This document shows positions 1 to 10,064 of a stretch of 64,000 nt of DNA, in pieces. The notes beneath the pieces were generated by a model that saw only the letters and a program-made list of their open reading frames with translations, had not been told where the DNA came from and did no database searches. This DNA comes from an uncultured Gammaproteobacteria bacterium. GTDB lineage: Bacteria > Patescibacteriota > Microgenomatia > JAMCZE01. The translations under genes and the position numbers were made by a program. The stretch covers positions 98,345 through 162,344 of the forward strand of contig CAZNUP010000001.1 of NCBI GenBank assembly GCA_964576435.1. Reading direction: 5' to 3'. The first letter of the stretch is position 1, and every line of letters starts with the position of its first letter.

Positions 1-294
1 CAAAAAATTATATTTGAAAGTCCTGATCCAATTCTAAAAGCGGAAGCTTTGAAAAAGTTACAGTTTGTTGAAAGACAAAAACAAACACCATTAGATGCCA
101 GAAACGAATTAGTTTTTTGGCAATCACAAAATCAAAAGTATCCAGGAAGTAGAGACACATTACTAAAGATCGCTGTTTTAAATTGGAAACTTTATAGACT
201 TTTTGAAGCAAGCAAATTTTTAAATCTTGCAGCACAAATTGATCCAAATAATTCTTCTATTGAAAAGGTAAAAACAAACCTGGAGTTAAATTAA
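1..294 (+). CDS. TPR-like hypothetical protein, 5'-truncated by window edge
   Basis: Frame is open from base 1 (QKIIFESPDP...). Helical TPR-like end 'ASKFLNLAAQIDPNN'. Convergent 4-bp overlap with rplY. Confidence 0.55.
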   Translation, partial: QKIIFESPDPILKAEALKKLQFVERQKQTPLDARNELVFWQSQNQKYPGSRDTLLKIAVLNWKLYRLFEASKFLNLAAQIDPNNSSIEKVKTNLELN

Positions 295-977
295 GTCTTT
301 GGTTCTGGAGCTTCTTCACCCTTTACTTCTCCGCCTTCTGCTGGAGCTTCTGTAGAACCTTCTGCACCTGCTTCTTCAGTCTTAGCTGCTTCTTCTGCTG
401 CCATCTCTTTAGCTGTATCTTCTGAAACTGCCGATCCAACGTTTACTACTGTTTCTTCTCCACTTGTCAAAACTTCAACACCCTTAGGCAGCTTAAGGTC
501 AGACACTTTAATTTGCTGTCCAACTTCCGTTAAACCATTAACGTCAGCCAAGACTTCTTCAGGAAGCTCAGTTGGCAATGCTTCAACTTCAATTTCATTA
601 AGTGTTTGAAGGAGAACTCCAACACCATCTTTAACTGCTGGTGACTCCCCTTCCAAGTGAACCGGAACGTTAGCTTTAATTTTGTCAGTGAGTTTAACAG
701 CATGAAGTTCAGCATGAAGTGGTTGTCTAGTTAGTGGGTGAATTTGAACGTTCGAAACAAGAACGTGTTGTGTTTTTCCGCCGTATTCAAGTTCAATAAG
801 TCCGGTCTCTCCAGCCTTGGCATAAATTGCCATGAATTCCTTAAGAGGAACTGACAATGATTCGGATTTAATTTCTTTACCAAACACTCCAACAGGCAAC
901 TTACCTTCTTTTCGAAGCTTTTTAACCTGCTTTCCGGTGATTTCTCGCTTTTCAGCTTTTAAATTAATCTTTTGCAT
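291..977 (-). CDS. rplY: 50S ribosomal protein L25 / Ctc
   Basis: 'LKAEKREITGKQVKKLRKEGKLPVGVFG', 'VQIHPLTRQPLHAEL', 'EVEALPTELPE', acidic Ala/Glu tail. Confidence 0.97.
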   Translation of the reverse strand: MQKINLKAEKREITGKQVKKLRKEGKLPVGVFGKEIKSESLSVPLKEFMAIYAKAGETGLIELEYGGKTQHVLVSNVQIHPLTRQPLHAELHAVKLTDKIKANVPVHLEGESPAVKDGVGVLLQTLNEIEVEALPTELPEEVLADVNGLTEVGQQIKVSDLKLPKGVEVLTSGEETVVNVGSAVSEDTAKEMAAEEAAKTEEAGAEGSTEAPAEGGEVKGEEAPEPKT

Positions 978-3509
978 TTAGTTTTGTTTGAACTTAACCT
1001 CAAATGTCTTATCCGTATCCAGTACCGTATTATAAATGAGCTCTTGTGGATACACAATAGGGCTAGGTACAAACGGGCTTGTATCTATATTTGGCTTCAA
1101 AAAGGTAGGATATCCAATTATTACGTTAAGAGGATCAAATGTGCTCCCCGATTGTTTAAGAATTGTGAAACTATACTTGTCCTCACTCTTAGAAAAATCC
1201 AACTGGTTAGGCATTATATATTTGAAAACCACCGTCTTCTTGGTCTTTACAGGCACTTCCACAAGCATTCCGAAGCTTGTATAGCCACTTGAAGATGCAC
1301 TATCAGACCGAAGGACTTGTTCATTACTTTTATAAACTAAAAATTCTTTTGGAGCTACTTTACTAAGGACATCGGCAGTTAGAATTGATGACACACTCGC
1401 TTTCCTATCGTCTCCAATATCTAAACTAAGCATTTTTGCCTGGTGGGGCACAAGTAGTCTCAGATAATTTTTATATTTTCCTCCCGGCCAACTATCATTT
1501 GGACTTTGATTATCAAAAGTCAGAGAAACTGTATTAGTGACTCCCCCACCCTTGTCGATTGTACTATCAACTTTCATTTTCTTTTTAACAAAATAGTTAG
1601 CTTTATTTGCTCCAAAGTTGTCTTCGACCGCCATAAAACAGTTTTGTCCACTTGAGCAGTGGTCAGGAAAAATTGACCCAGCAAATTCACTGTCTTCCGC
1701 TGCGCTTTGAACTGCTGTTGAAGTGAAATACAACATTATGTCTTTTTCTTGAAGTGCATCAGAAAACCCTTTAGCCAGTCCATCATAGCTAAGATTCTGT
1801 TCACTAGTTATGCGCCCCAGAATTGCTTCCGCCACTTCTCCTAAAAAGTCTCTCTTTTGTGTAGATCCTGGAAAAAAGTTAATTTCAGAAGCGTATTCTG
1901 CTTTTTGGAAAAAGTTCTTCGCCGTTATTGACTCGTCCGAGGATTGAATCTTAACCTCCCCCATTGCTTCAATAATTTTTTCAACCGCCCCAATATTAAT
2001 TGCAATTACCCCATCAACTCTCTGATTGGTTTCTTTTTCTAAAAACCAAGCCAATCTCTTGGCTGATAACGGAAAATCAGGTGAAAAATTAGCATCCCTC
2101 ATAAACCAAGCTGGCTGGCCAAGATAATGTAGGATTTCATCAGGTGGCACAATTCTCCCTTTAAGTTGTCCGTCCACTGAGTAGATGTCATTAATTTTAA
2201 AATCAAGAAGCCTGCCGTTATCAACATGCACAATTGCATAAGACCCTATAAATCCCCCGCCTCCACGAAGCTCAGCGCTATTTTGAAAAACCAGAAGATA
2301 AGTTCTTTTCTTAGATTCAGTCAGTGTGCTATCAGATACCCCAAGAACTTGAGGAACAACTGGTGATAGTTCCCGACCCGCACGAGCTAAAAATCTCATT
2401 TTAGGAAGTTGCGCCAAATATTTACCAAGCCTTGTCCTATTAAATCCAAACCTTTCTGCAATGGGTGCAATATATTGGTAATCTTTAGCAATGATTGCTT
2501 CCATAAATCCTAAATTTTCTTCAATAACCCCGCTATCAACTGCCGCTGACTCAGAAAAAGTTTGTAAGTCAGGCGCTTGCCCATCGGGTGAAAAAAAAGC
2601 TCTCGATAAGTTAAGAAGTTGTCCTTGTAAGCCTGCTCCTCGGTAAGCAGTATCCGCTGTTAAAGCTAAACCTGAAAACCCTCCACAGATAGAATCCAAC
2701 TTGTCAAAAAAGGCTACACTCACACACACATCTTTCATAGTAGTAAACTGATCACGAGCAGATTCCGCTGACTTTCGGGCCTTCAAAAATTCCCCTCGGC
2801 TAATAGCAGTTTTCGCACTCCAGAGTTCCAAAGAAGCATTCAGTGTATAAATCCCAGCGAAAAACAAAGGAAGCGTCAAAATCACAACAAATATCAAAAG
2901 CCATGCTAAATCTCGTGCTCCCCTATTAATTGCTTTTTTCTTCTTATTTTCTTTTTTTGTAACTACCACCCCAGATTGTGTCTCTGTAAAAGTTGGCTTA
3001 AGTATTTCTTTTGAAAAATCCCCCACCACCAACCTCTCACCAGGTCGAAATGAAAGCGCCATTCGTACCACTTTTCCAGCTACCTCCTGTTGAAGATCCA
3101 AGGTTTCTATTTTCGATCTGACCTCAACCACACTAGGATTAACTCCAATTTCACTAAACAGTCGTTCTGTTTTCTGCAGGCTATCTAAAGACACCTGTTC
3201 AAAAACCACCACCAAATTACTTGTGTGTCTAATTGCTGTAGTAGCAAGCTTTTTTAAAAACACTTCCCCTTCATTCTCAATTTTTGCTTCGTCCAAAAAC
3301 AAAAACAGATATTTAGCCTCAAGAATAGAAGCCAACTCTTCAATAGATTTAGCCCATGACACTTTAATTCCCTGGTTGGCAATAAGTTCTGAAATTTGAA
3401 GCGCCAAAGCTCCCGTGCCTGAAAAAACTGCCGTTGCCATGCTCATATTTTCTTCTCTCTCAGTTCGCACCACCATCTTTTGGGGACTTTGATCCATAAT
3501 AATAAACAT
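978..3509 (-). CDS. DUF4012 domain membrane-anchored protein
   Basis: 'RTYLLVFQNSAELRGGGGFIGSY', 'MRDANFSPDFP', 'VDGVIAI', 'NFGANKAN'; one TM near aa 200. Start may be 3497 or later. Confidence 0.88.
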   Translation of the reverse strand: MFIIMDQSPQKMVVRTEREENMSMATAVFSGTGALALQISELIANQGIKVSWAKSIEELASILEAKYLFLFLDEAKIENEGEVFLKKLATTAIRHTSNLVVVFEQVSLDSLQKTERLFSEIGVNPSVVEVRSKIETLDLQQEVAGKVVRMALSFRPGERLVVGDFSKEILKPTFTETQSGVVVTKKENKKKKAINRGARDLAWLLIFVVILTLPLFFAGIYTLNASLELWSAKTAISRGEFLKARKSAESARDQFTTMKDVCVSVAFFDKLDSICGGFSGLALTADTAYRGAGLQGQLLNLSRAFFSPDGQAPDLQTFSESAAVDSGVIEENLGFMEAIIAKDYQYIAPIAERFGFNRTRLGKYLAQLPKMRFLARAGRELSPVVPQVLGVSDSTLTESKKRTYLLVFQNSAELRGGGGFIGSYAIVHVDNGRLLDFKINDIYSVDGQLKGRIVPPDEILHYLGQPAWFMRDANFSPDFPLSAKRLAWFLEKETNQRVDGVIAINIGAVEKIIEAMGEVKIQSSDESITAKNFFQKAEYASEINFFPGSTQKRDFLGEVAEAILGRITSEQNLSYDGLAKGFSDALQEKDIMLYFTSTAVQSAAEDSEFAGSIFPDHCSSGQNCFMAVEDNFGANKANYFVKKKMKVDSTIDKGGGVTNTVSLTFDNQSPNDSWPGGKYKNYLRLLVPHQAKMLSLDIGDDRKASVSSILTADVLSKVAPKEFLVYKSNEQVLRSDSASSSGYTSFGMLVEVPVKTKKTVVFKYIMPNQLDFSKSEDKYSFTILKQSGSTFDPLNVIIGYPTFLKPNIDTSPFVPSPIVYPQELIYNTVLDTDKTFEVKFKQN

Positions 3510-3537
3510 TGTAGAAGTTAAGGAGTGAAAAACAATA

Positions 3538-3963
3538 CTACGCAGTTTGTGAAACTTGTTTGTCCAAAGTTTCGTTAACTATTTTGTCGGCTTCAAAATT
3601 CTTTTCCCTAGGTACATAAGCATATGTGATTTTATCAGAAATTTCTGCTTCTAGTGTCTTAATTATCAAATATTTCTCTTTAAGGCCAGAATCTTTAATT
3701 TTGAAAGTCCCATTTAACTGATTAACAACCAAATTTGAATCTAAAAGGAATTCTATTTCTAACTCTCCCCTACTAAAAGACTCTTTTGCCCATTCTAATG
3801 CTAGAATCACTCCCCCATATTCTGCCTGATTATTGGTTGTTTCACCCAAATATTTCCCGCGTTTTAAAAGCACAATCCCCGCGCTATCTTTAGCAACAAA
3901 AGCCGAAGCTGCTGGTCCTGGATTTCCTCTGGCTCCTCCATCAGTATTGATTGTTATTTTCAT
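3538..3963 (-). CDS. rnhA: Ribonuclease HI (short type)
   Basis: 'NTDGGARGNPGPA', 'TNNQAEY', 'DSNLVVNQ', 'VPREKNFEAD'. Confidence 0.93.
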   Translation of the reverse strand: MKITINTDGGARGNPGPAASAFVAKDSAGIVLLKRGKYLGETTNNQAEYGGVILALEWAKESFSRGELEIEFLLDSNLVVNQLNGTFKIKDSGLKEKYLIIKTLEAEISDKITYAYVPREKNFEADKIVNETLDKQVSQTA

Positions 3964-5279
3964 GGTTTAAGTTTAAGATTTTTTAAGTATTCACCTCTTT
4001 TTTCAAAAAGTTCTTTGCCTGTCAAAAAAAGATCACGTGGTCCAAATCGAACATTCTCTGTTTTTCGTAAAATAATAACACTCAATATCATAATTGTACC
4101 CTCAGTTAGAAACGTATTAAATGCTGCGCCGTATAGTGAAAATCTTGGAATTAAAAGCAAATTGAGTGCCAAATTTGCTCCCAAAGCTAAGATTGCAATA
4201 ATAAATGAATACCACTGCTTGCCAAGAGCTATGATTGCATAACCATTAAGATGGTTAAAGTAGGAAACAACTATAGCTAGTGACAAAATTCTAAGAGCTA
4301 GCACTGACGGCTGAAATTCCGGTCCCCCAAGGATTAAAATCGCTAGGGGAGCAAAGATAAAATTTAAAATAGCTACGGTAACACCCATTCCTAAAAGCAC
4401 CACAAAACTTTTTACATATATTTGTCTAAATCGAGCCTGATCTTTATGAGCAAGATTTGAAAGTATAGGTAGGACCGAATTAGCAAAGTATGCTGCTCCT
4501 AAAACCAACACATCATACACTTTGTATGACGCTCCGTAAAATCCAACCGCTTCAGCCCCCTTCATATAACCAAGAATCACAATGTCCAGGCGGTTATAAA
4601 CTGTAAATAAAACTAGAAGTGATCCAACAGGTAGGGCAGCCTTAACTACCCTGGCCATAATTTCCTTATCAAACCCGAACTTCCATTTGACAAGTTTAAA
4701 CGCAAAAAACATCGCAAGAGCCAATGATGCTACCTGGCCAAGATTCATCGCCCATATAAACCCAGATATTCCTGAATCCTGTGTAATTAGGTACAAAACC
4801 AAGACAAGCCCTAATACATTCGCAGCTAGTTCCGAAATTGCCCAAAACTCCATTCTAAGTTTTGCATTAAAAACAATCTGGAAAGATGTCTTAAGAGAAA
4901 AAAGTACAATAAACACCGATCCAATGAGGATAAGACCCTCCATAGAAGGGGAGTGGGGGAGGACGCGAATAACAATGTTGGCAAGAATTGCCGCAAGGAA
5001 GGCCAAAACCAGTCTCAGCGTCAAAATATTTCCAGCAATTAGACCTTCCTTTTCAGGGTTTTTACTAACCTCATTGATTCCGACAAGATACAAACCCCAG
5101 TCAGCAATTGACCCAAACATCATCACAAATACAAGAACGAAGGTATAATCTCCATAACCCTTAGGACCAAGGTACCGAGTCAAAAAAATAGTAATTGCCA
5201 AACCAAGCCCAGTAGTAATGACTTTCCCCAGAAGTTGAATCCCAGTATTCCATGCAACTTTCCCTGAATGTGAACTCAT
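3960..5279 (-). CDS. Wzx-type polysaccharide flippase
   Basis: 'LTRYLGPKGYGDY', 'RLDIVILGYM..AEAVGFYGA', 'LNLLLIPRFSLYGAA'; about 12 hydrophobic segments. Confidence 0.9.
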   Translation of the reverse strand: MSSHSGKVAWNTGIQLLGKVITTGLGLAITIFLTRYLGPKGYGDYTFVLVFVMMFGSIADWGLYLVGINEVSKNPEKEGLIAGNILTLRLVLAFLAAILANIVIRVLPHSPSMEGLILIGSVFIVLFSLKTSFQIVFNAKLRMEFWAISELAANVLGLVLVLYLITQDSGISGFIWAMNLGQVASLALAMFFAFKLVKWKFGFDKEIMARVVKAALPVGSLLVLFTVYNRLDIVILGYMKGAEAVGFYGASYKVYDVLVLGAAYFANSVLPILSNLAHKDQARFRQIYVKSFVVLLGMGVTVAILNFIFAPLAILILGGPEFQPSVLALRILSLAIVVSYFNHLNGYAIIALGKQWYSFIIAILALGANLALNLLLIPRFSLYGAAFNTFLTEGTIMILSVIILRKTENVRFGPRDLFLTGKELFEKRGEYLKNLKLKP

Positions 5280-6481
5280 TCCCTTATTCTAGCAAAAGCC
5301 AGCCCAAGAATTAGAGCGACAAGAAGTTGTCCCTGCTGTAAGGTGAAAAAGTAGTGGTCAACCATCCCTAAAAACAGAATAGATACCAAGCTGGCAACAA
5401 ACACCCATTCTTTGTGTCTCCATACTCGGTAAATTGCCAATCCGAAAACGGCCACTAATCCAATTAGTCCAAGCACTCCAGTTTCACCTAAACTCATAAG
5501 GTAAATGCTGTGCGTTGGCTGGTAACTAAGTGCGTAATTTTTAATTCTAATTTCCGGGTTTTTATATAACGGACTGGTTCCAAGTCCAGTTCCTAAAATA
5601 GGGGAGCGAACAAAGTTTTCCTCTGCAAGAACACTAAGTTGCCCTCGAACTTCAAGAGATTCAAGGCGACTTGGTAAACACATTGATAAAAGCCCAATAA
5701 TAATTGCCAAACAAACTAGAAATATCAATTTCTTCCCAGATTTTAAATACAAAACAATCGCTATTTGTGTAAGACCCACACTAATTGCTGCCCGGGACAT
5801 AGTTAAAAATAAGGTAGATAATCCAAACGCTAAAACCCCTGCGGTAATCTTGCGGAATTTATGCGGGAAATAATATAAAATTAAGGGTAGAGTAATCGCC
5901 AAAAAGCCTCCTAAAACGTTTGGATGAGAGAAAGTTCCATATGGCCTAAGAACTAGTTGTCCATCAAAACTAGTATTAGCAACTCCCGGAGTAATCGAAT
6001 TAAAAGATCTTTCGCCAAAAAGCCAAAACACTCCGCCAAGTGACCCAATTTTCCAAAATTGAAGAAATGAAAGAGCTGATTCAAAAAAAACTGGGATCAC
6101 TAAAAGTAGAGTAATCGTCCTAATTTTTATATTGCTTTGATAAATCCACCACACCAGAAACGCAAGTTCTAAGACTTTCAGCCATTTATAAATTGAAACA
6201 AAAGGGGATAGGGAAGTGGCTATATTTAATATAGCTACTAGGGCTATAACTCCAAAAATAATTAACCTTTTTCCAGAAAACCACTTAAAAAGTTTCTTAA
6301 ATGCGAGAAGGAAAAGAACAAAAACCAAAATATCAGTTAAGTATAAAGTAGGGGAGAAATAATCAACTCTAACTCCTGAAATAAATGCAAAGTCTGGCCA
6401 AAAATGCCGTCCCAACTGGCTAGGTAACAAAATTATCAGTAAATAAAATGTGTATGTTTGTAATTTTTTCAAGCTCGACAC
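5276..6481 (-). CDS. O-antigen ligase/Wzy_C family protein
   Basis: 'RPYGTFSHPNVLGGFL', 'LTMSRAA', 'PILGTGLG', 'PTHSIYL..LGETGVLG'. Confidence 0.9.
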   Translation of the reverse strand: MSSLKKLQTYTFYLLIILLPSQLGRHFWPDFAFISGVRVDYFSPTLYLTDILVFVLFLLAFKKLFKWFSGKRLIIFGVIALVAILNIATSLSPFVSIYKWLKVLELAFLVWWIYQSNIKIRTITLLLVIPVFFESALSFLQFWKIGSLGGVFWLFGERSFNSITPGVANTSFDGQLVLRPYGTFSHPNVLGGFLAITLPLILYYFPHKFRKITAGVLAFGLSTLFLTMSRAAISVGLTQIAIVLYLKSGKKLIFLVCLAIIIGLLSMCLPSRLESLEVRGQLSVLAEENFVRSPILGTGLGTSPLYKNPEIRIKNYALSYQPTHSIYLMSLGETGVLGLIGLVAVFGLAIYRVWRHKEWVFVASLVSILFLGMVDHYFFTLQQGQLLVALILGLAFARIRE

Positions 6482-6565
6482 AAACTCATACTACAATAGC
6501 GTCTACCAGAAACCAACAACAAAATAAATATAGACAAATTTAATTTGATAGTTTAAAAATGGGTT

Positions 6566-7150
6566 GTGATTAAAACTCAAACAGAAGAACTCCTAGATCT
6601 GGTAGCAGGTTTAAACCATCTTCCAATATCAAAACAGTTTCTCGAAAGACTATCAAAAGGAAACCCCACCCGTGACGAAAACCCAGAAAGTCATTTTTGT
6701 GTCTATTTTGTTGCTTTCGACCCAAAAGAGGAAAAAATATTTACAGGTTTGCACAAAAAATCTAATTTATGGCTTGTCAACGGCGGCCATTTAGACAAAG
6801 AGCCAGTTAAAAACGCAGCACCAAGAGAAATGGGTGAAGAATGGGGTTACAATCTTCCAGATGGATATGAATTAATTCCTCAATTTTTAACCATAGCAAA
6901 TATTACAGACAGGCCCCAGATTAAATGTCGCACTCATTATGATTTCTGGACTTTCGTTCCTGTTAATATGCATGAATTTAGTCCAGATCAAGAAAAATTG
7001 GCATCCGAATACCATAAAACAGCCTGGTTATCATTCGAAGAAGCAAAAAAAGTAACAACAGACCCAAGCAACTTGTTGGGCTTTGACTTTATCAAAAAGT
7101 ATTTACTACCCACAAAGCCCAAACCTCTCAAGCTTCTGCACATCTCTTGA
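6566..7150 (+). CDS. NUDIX hydrolase
   Basis: Nudix-like box 'GGHLDKEPVKNAAPREMGEEWG' preceded by 'HKKSNLWL'. Confidence 0.8.
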   Translation: MIKTQTEELLDLVAGLNHLPISKQFLERLSKGNPTRDENPESHFCVYFVAFDPKEEKIFTGLHKKSNLWLVNGGHLDKEPVKNAAPREMGEEWGYNLPDGYELIPQFLTIANITDRPQIKCRTHYDFWTFVPVNMHEFSPDQEKLASEYHKTAWLSFEEAKKVTTDPSNLLGFDFIKKYLLPTKPKPLKLLHIS

Positions 7151-7196
7151 AATAAATATAATCACATAATATAATCTATTTATACTTTAAGTTATA

Positions 7197-7955
7197 ATGA
7201 GTGACAATTTATTAACCATTAAAGAATCCGCCGAGCTTTTAAATATTCACTGGCAGACAGTGAGAAACCTTATAAAAAACGGTTCTCTGCCAGCCACCAA
7301 AATAGGGAAGAATGTTAGGGTAAAAAGAAGTGATATAGATAAACTGGTAAACAAAACCACCCAAAAAGACAAAATTGAGGTAGAAATCCGTTTTCTAACG
7401 AAAAATAGACAACAAGTTGAAAACAAATTAATTTCGATTGGTGCCAAAGTAACATACCATAGCCACATAATTGACCACTGGTTCGTCCCATATTACATAA
7501 AAAGTCTTTCTGAAAATGACGAATGGTTTGAATCCGCCAAAGGTTATGGTGTAAGGATCAGGGAACAAGACAATAACTATCAAGGAAAGGTCTCAACAAC
7601 TTTGGAGGTAAAACGCCTAACGTCAGCTAAAAACCACAATACCTGCATAGAGCACGAGCTTGACGTTCAAAATTACACTGAAGCCAGTAATCTCCTAAGA
7701 TTAATGGAATATAAAGAATTTATTACTATTGATAAAGATAGGGTAGTCTACACCTATAAAAACCTAAAAATTGCAGTGGATGAAATCAAAAACTTTGCTA
7801 CAGGTATTGAAATTGAAGCTAGTGGCGACCTAACAAGAGAAGAAGCACTAGCTGAAATTAGGATCTTTGCAGAAGTGTTAGGCTTAAAAAAATCAGAAGA
7901 GCTCGAAAAAACTGTCACCCATCTAGCCATGCAAAAGCTAGCTAAGTATTCTTGA
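7197..7955 (+). CDS. Excisionase-type HTH (HTH_17) fused to a CYTH domain
   Basis: N-term 'LLTIKESAELLNIHWQTVRNLIKNGSLPATKIG..VRV'; C-term 'IEVEIRF', 'VRIRE', 'IDKDRVVY', 'IAVDEI', 'IEIE'. Confidence 0.82.
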   Translation: MSDNLLTIKESAELLNIHWQTVRNLIKNGSLPATKIGKNVRVKRSDIDKLVNKTTQKDKIEVEIRFLTKNRQQVENKLISIGAKVTYHSHIIDHWFVPYYIKSLSENDEWFESAKGYGVRIREQDNNYQGKVSTTLEVKRLTSAKNHNTCIEHELDVQNYTEASNLLRLMEYKEFITIDKDRVVYTYKNLKIAVDEIKNFATGIEIEASGDLTREEALAEIRIFAEVLGLKKSEELEKTVTHLAMQKLAKYS

Positions 7956-7971
7956 TAGGTGAACAACAATA

Positions 7972-8247
7972 TCAAGGACGGGGAGTAATATTCTCTCTAG
8001 GAACTAGAAATCTATTTGAGTCAAAAAAACCATATCCGCCGCCAAAATTCGGAGTTTGAACTAAAGCATACGAACCTCTAAGTGCGATAACGTCAACCTG
8101 TAAACCATTGGGGCCTAGGCTGGACTGATCAAAAAAACCCAAATGATATTTCCCTTTTGCATCTCTTACAGAAACACTTCTTTCTGACGAAAACATTCCA
8201 GCAGAAACTTTACATTCAAGAAAGTAGTGTATTTCCTGAGAAGACAT
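7972..8247 (-). CDS. Hypothetical small beta-rich protein
   Basis: 91-aa ORF filling the gap directly downstream of jag, same strand; family not recognised. Confidence 0.6.
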   Translation of the reverse strand: MSSQEIHYFLECKVSAGMFSSERSVSVRDAKGKYHLGFFDQSSLGPNGLQVDVIALRGSYALVQTPNFGGGYGFFDSNRFLVPRENITPRP

Positions 8248-8258
8248 AAAACTTACTA

Positions 8259-8756
8259 TTAAGAAGCTTTAAGTTTAATAATGAGGCGACGCATATTGCC
8301 TTCACCTTCAGATTCAGTTACTACATCAGGGTGATCTTGAAGAGCCATGTGAATTATTCTTCTTTCAATTGGAGGTAAAGAGGGAAGTGCAATTGGTTGT
8401 CCTGTTTGAACTACTTGGTCAGCATAAGAAAGTGCCATTTGGGAAAGTTGTTCTTCTCTTTTAGCTCTATAGTCTCCAACCTCAACCACAATTCTCACCC
8501 ATTCGCCAACCTTCTTAGTCACAATTTGCCCAAGAATTAATTGGAATGCTGAAAGTGTTTCCCCGTGATATCCAATTAAAAGCCCTGATTCTTCAGTTTC
8601 GACATTTACTAAAAACACTTCTTCAGGTGAAGGTGTCACTAAAACTGCCGCAGGGATATCCATATTGGATAGTAGTTCCTCAGCACTGGCTTTGATTATT
8701 TCTTCTTTTGAATTGTTTTCTGTTTTTTTCTTAGGCATTTTTTTGTTCTTTCCCAA
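8259..8756 (-). CDS. jag: Jag/EloR (KhpB) KH + R3H RNA-binding protein, short form
   Basis: 'GLLIGYHGETLSAFQ', 'GDYRAKREEQL', R3H 'ERRIIHMAL', 'TESEGEG..RR'; syntenic after yidC. Confidence 0.93.
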   Translation of the reverse strand: MGKNKKMPKKKTENNSKEEIIKASAEELLSNMDIPAAVLVTPSPEEVFLVNVETEESGLLIGYHGETLSAFQLILGQIVTKKVGEWVRIVVEVGDYRAKREEQLSQMALSYADQVVQTGQPIALPSLPPIERRIIHMALQDHPDVVTESEGEGNMRRLIIKLKAS

Positions 8757-9507
8757 TTAACTTACGTAATTTTACCACGTCCTGTCCCAATGAGCCAAGT
8801 CCCGTAATTCTATATTGTTGAGCGATTGCAATTGAGCTTGAAACTGTCCAATAAATAGCTAAACCTGCAGGCCATTTAGTACCTAAAAACAAGAAAATAA
8901 GAGGAAACATCCACACCATTGAACTCTGAGCATCAGCAAATTCACTCATAAAGTCACCCTTTTTCTCAGGTTCCCCTTTTTTAACGACTGCTTTAGCAGG
9001 TTTCGGAGCTTTTGCAGGCATCATCATTTTGGTTTGGATGTACTGAGTAATGGCTGCCGCAATAACTAAAAGACCAGGGATCGCAAATGGAGCTCCTGCA
9101 ATATGATATGCATTTGGCAAGGCAACATCCCACCACAAAAACTGTGTGTTAATGTTTTTCATTACTAAAATGTGATTCATTGCTCCCAAAAGTCCAAAAA
9201 GAACCACAATTTGAACTACAGCTGGTAAACATCCTCCCGCAGGATTAACTCCATGTTCCTTAAATAGTGCCATTTGAGCGCTAGCAAAAGCCTGTTGATC
9301 ACCTTTGTGTTTTTCTTTAAGAGCAGAAATGTGAGGCTGCAGGTCACTCATTTTCTTAGTGTAGTGTGCTTGTTGCTTAGCCAGTGGATAGAAGATAATC
9401 CTTGAAATTACGGCAATTTCAATAATGGCAACACCAAGGTTTTGAAAGGCTATCGTATTATAGACAAACAAAATTATCTGAAGAAAAATGTCTGAAAATA
9501 TTTGCAT
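8731..9507 (-). CDS. yidC: Membrane protein insertase YidC
   Basis: 'MSDLQPHI..LKEKHK', 'GVNPAGGCLP..VQ', 'PAGLAIYW..S'. Confidence 0.96.
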   Translation of the reverse strand: MQIFSDIFLQIILFVYNTIAFQNLGVAIIEIAVISRIIFYPLAKQQAHYTKKMSDLQPHISALKEKHKGDQQAFASAQMALFKEHGVNPAGGCLPAVVQIVVLFGLLGAMNHILVMKNINTQFLWWDVALPNAYHIAGAPFAIPGLLVIAAAITQYIQTKMMMPAKAPKPAKAVVKKGEPEKKGDFMSEFADAQSSMVWMFPLIFLFLGTKWPAGLAIYWTVSSSIAIAQQYRITGLGSLGQDVVKLRKLIGKEQKNA

Positions 9508-9522
9508 AGTTTATTTTGGAAA

Positions 9523-9726
9523 TTAAGAGGGGACTGGGTCAAATCCACCTTTAAAAAACCCATTGCACCTAAGGATCCGTTTCACCCCTAAATAAGTTCC
9601 TCTGATTATACCATGTCGACCAACTGCCTGGAGCATATATTCACTACAAGTTGGGCTAAATCTACAAGTTCCCACAGGAAATGCATAAACCAAATACTTT
9701 CTATATATATTAATAAGTATGGTCAT
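9523..9726 (-). CDS. yidD: Membrane protein insertion efficiency factor YidD
   Basis: 'CRFSPTCSEY', 'RILRCN', 'GGFDPVP'; lies between rnpA and yidC. Confidence 0.96.
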   Translation of the reverse strand: MTILINIYRKYLVYAFPVGTCRFSPTCSEYMLQAVGRHGIIRGTYLGVKRILRCNGFFKGGFDPVPS

Positions 9727-10061
9727 ATAAGCTTTGCTCTTCTAAAAACACTCTCCACTTCTAATTTTAACTCTTCTTGTGTTGTTTTAGTTACCAAAGT
9801 CTTAGCTAAAAAAACAATTTCTACATTTTTAGAAAGTCTTGGTAAGAACCCAGAAACTGCATTACTTAGCTTACGCTTACATTCGTGCCTGGTAACAGAG
9901 GATTTACTTATCTTTTTGCTCACAATAAATGCGCATTTAGGCCCAATTTCTTTATCAAAGCTAACGATAATCCCAAAAGAAGGAGCATCATACACTTTTC
10001 CACCTTTGCGGATTCTTTCAAACTCTGAAGTAAGAGGAATTAGTTTTTTTCGAGCAAGCAT
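9723..10061 (-). CDS. rnpA: Ribonuclease P protein component
   Basis: 'FIVSKKISKSSVTRHECKRKL' (divergent RNR motif) and synteny with rpmH/yidD. Confidence 0.92.
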   Translation of the reverse strand: MLARKKLIPLTSEFERIRKGGKVYDAPSFGIIVSFDKEIGPKCAFIVSKKISKSSVTRHECKRKLSNAVSGFLPRLSKNVEIVFLAKTLVTKTTQEELKLEVESVFRRAKLI

Positions 10062-10064
10062 TTC

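Noticed and set aside
7197-7360. Prophage excisionase
   Set aside because: The HTH is fused to CYTH and no integrase or phage genes are nearby.
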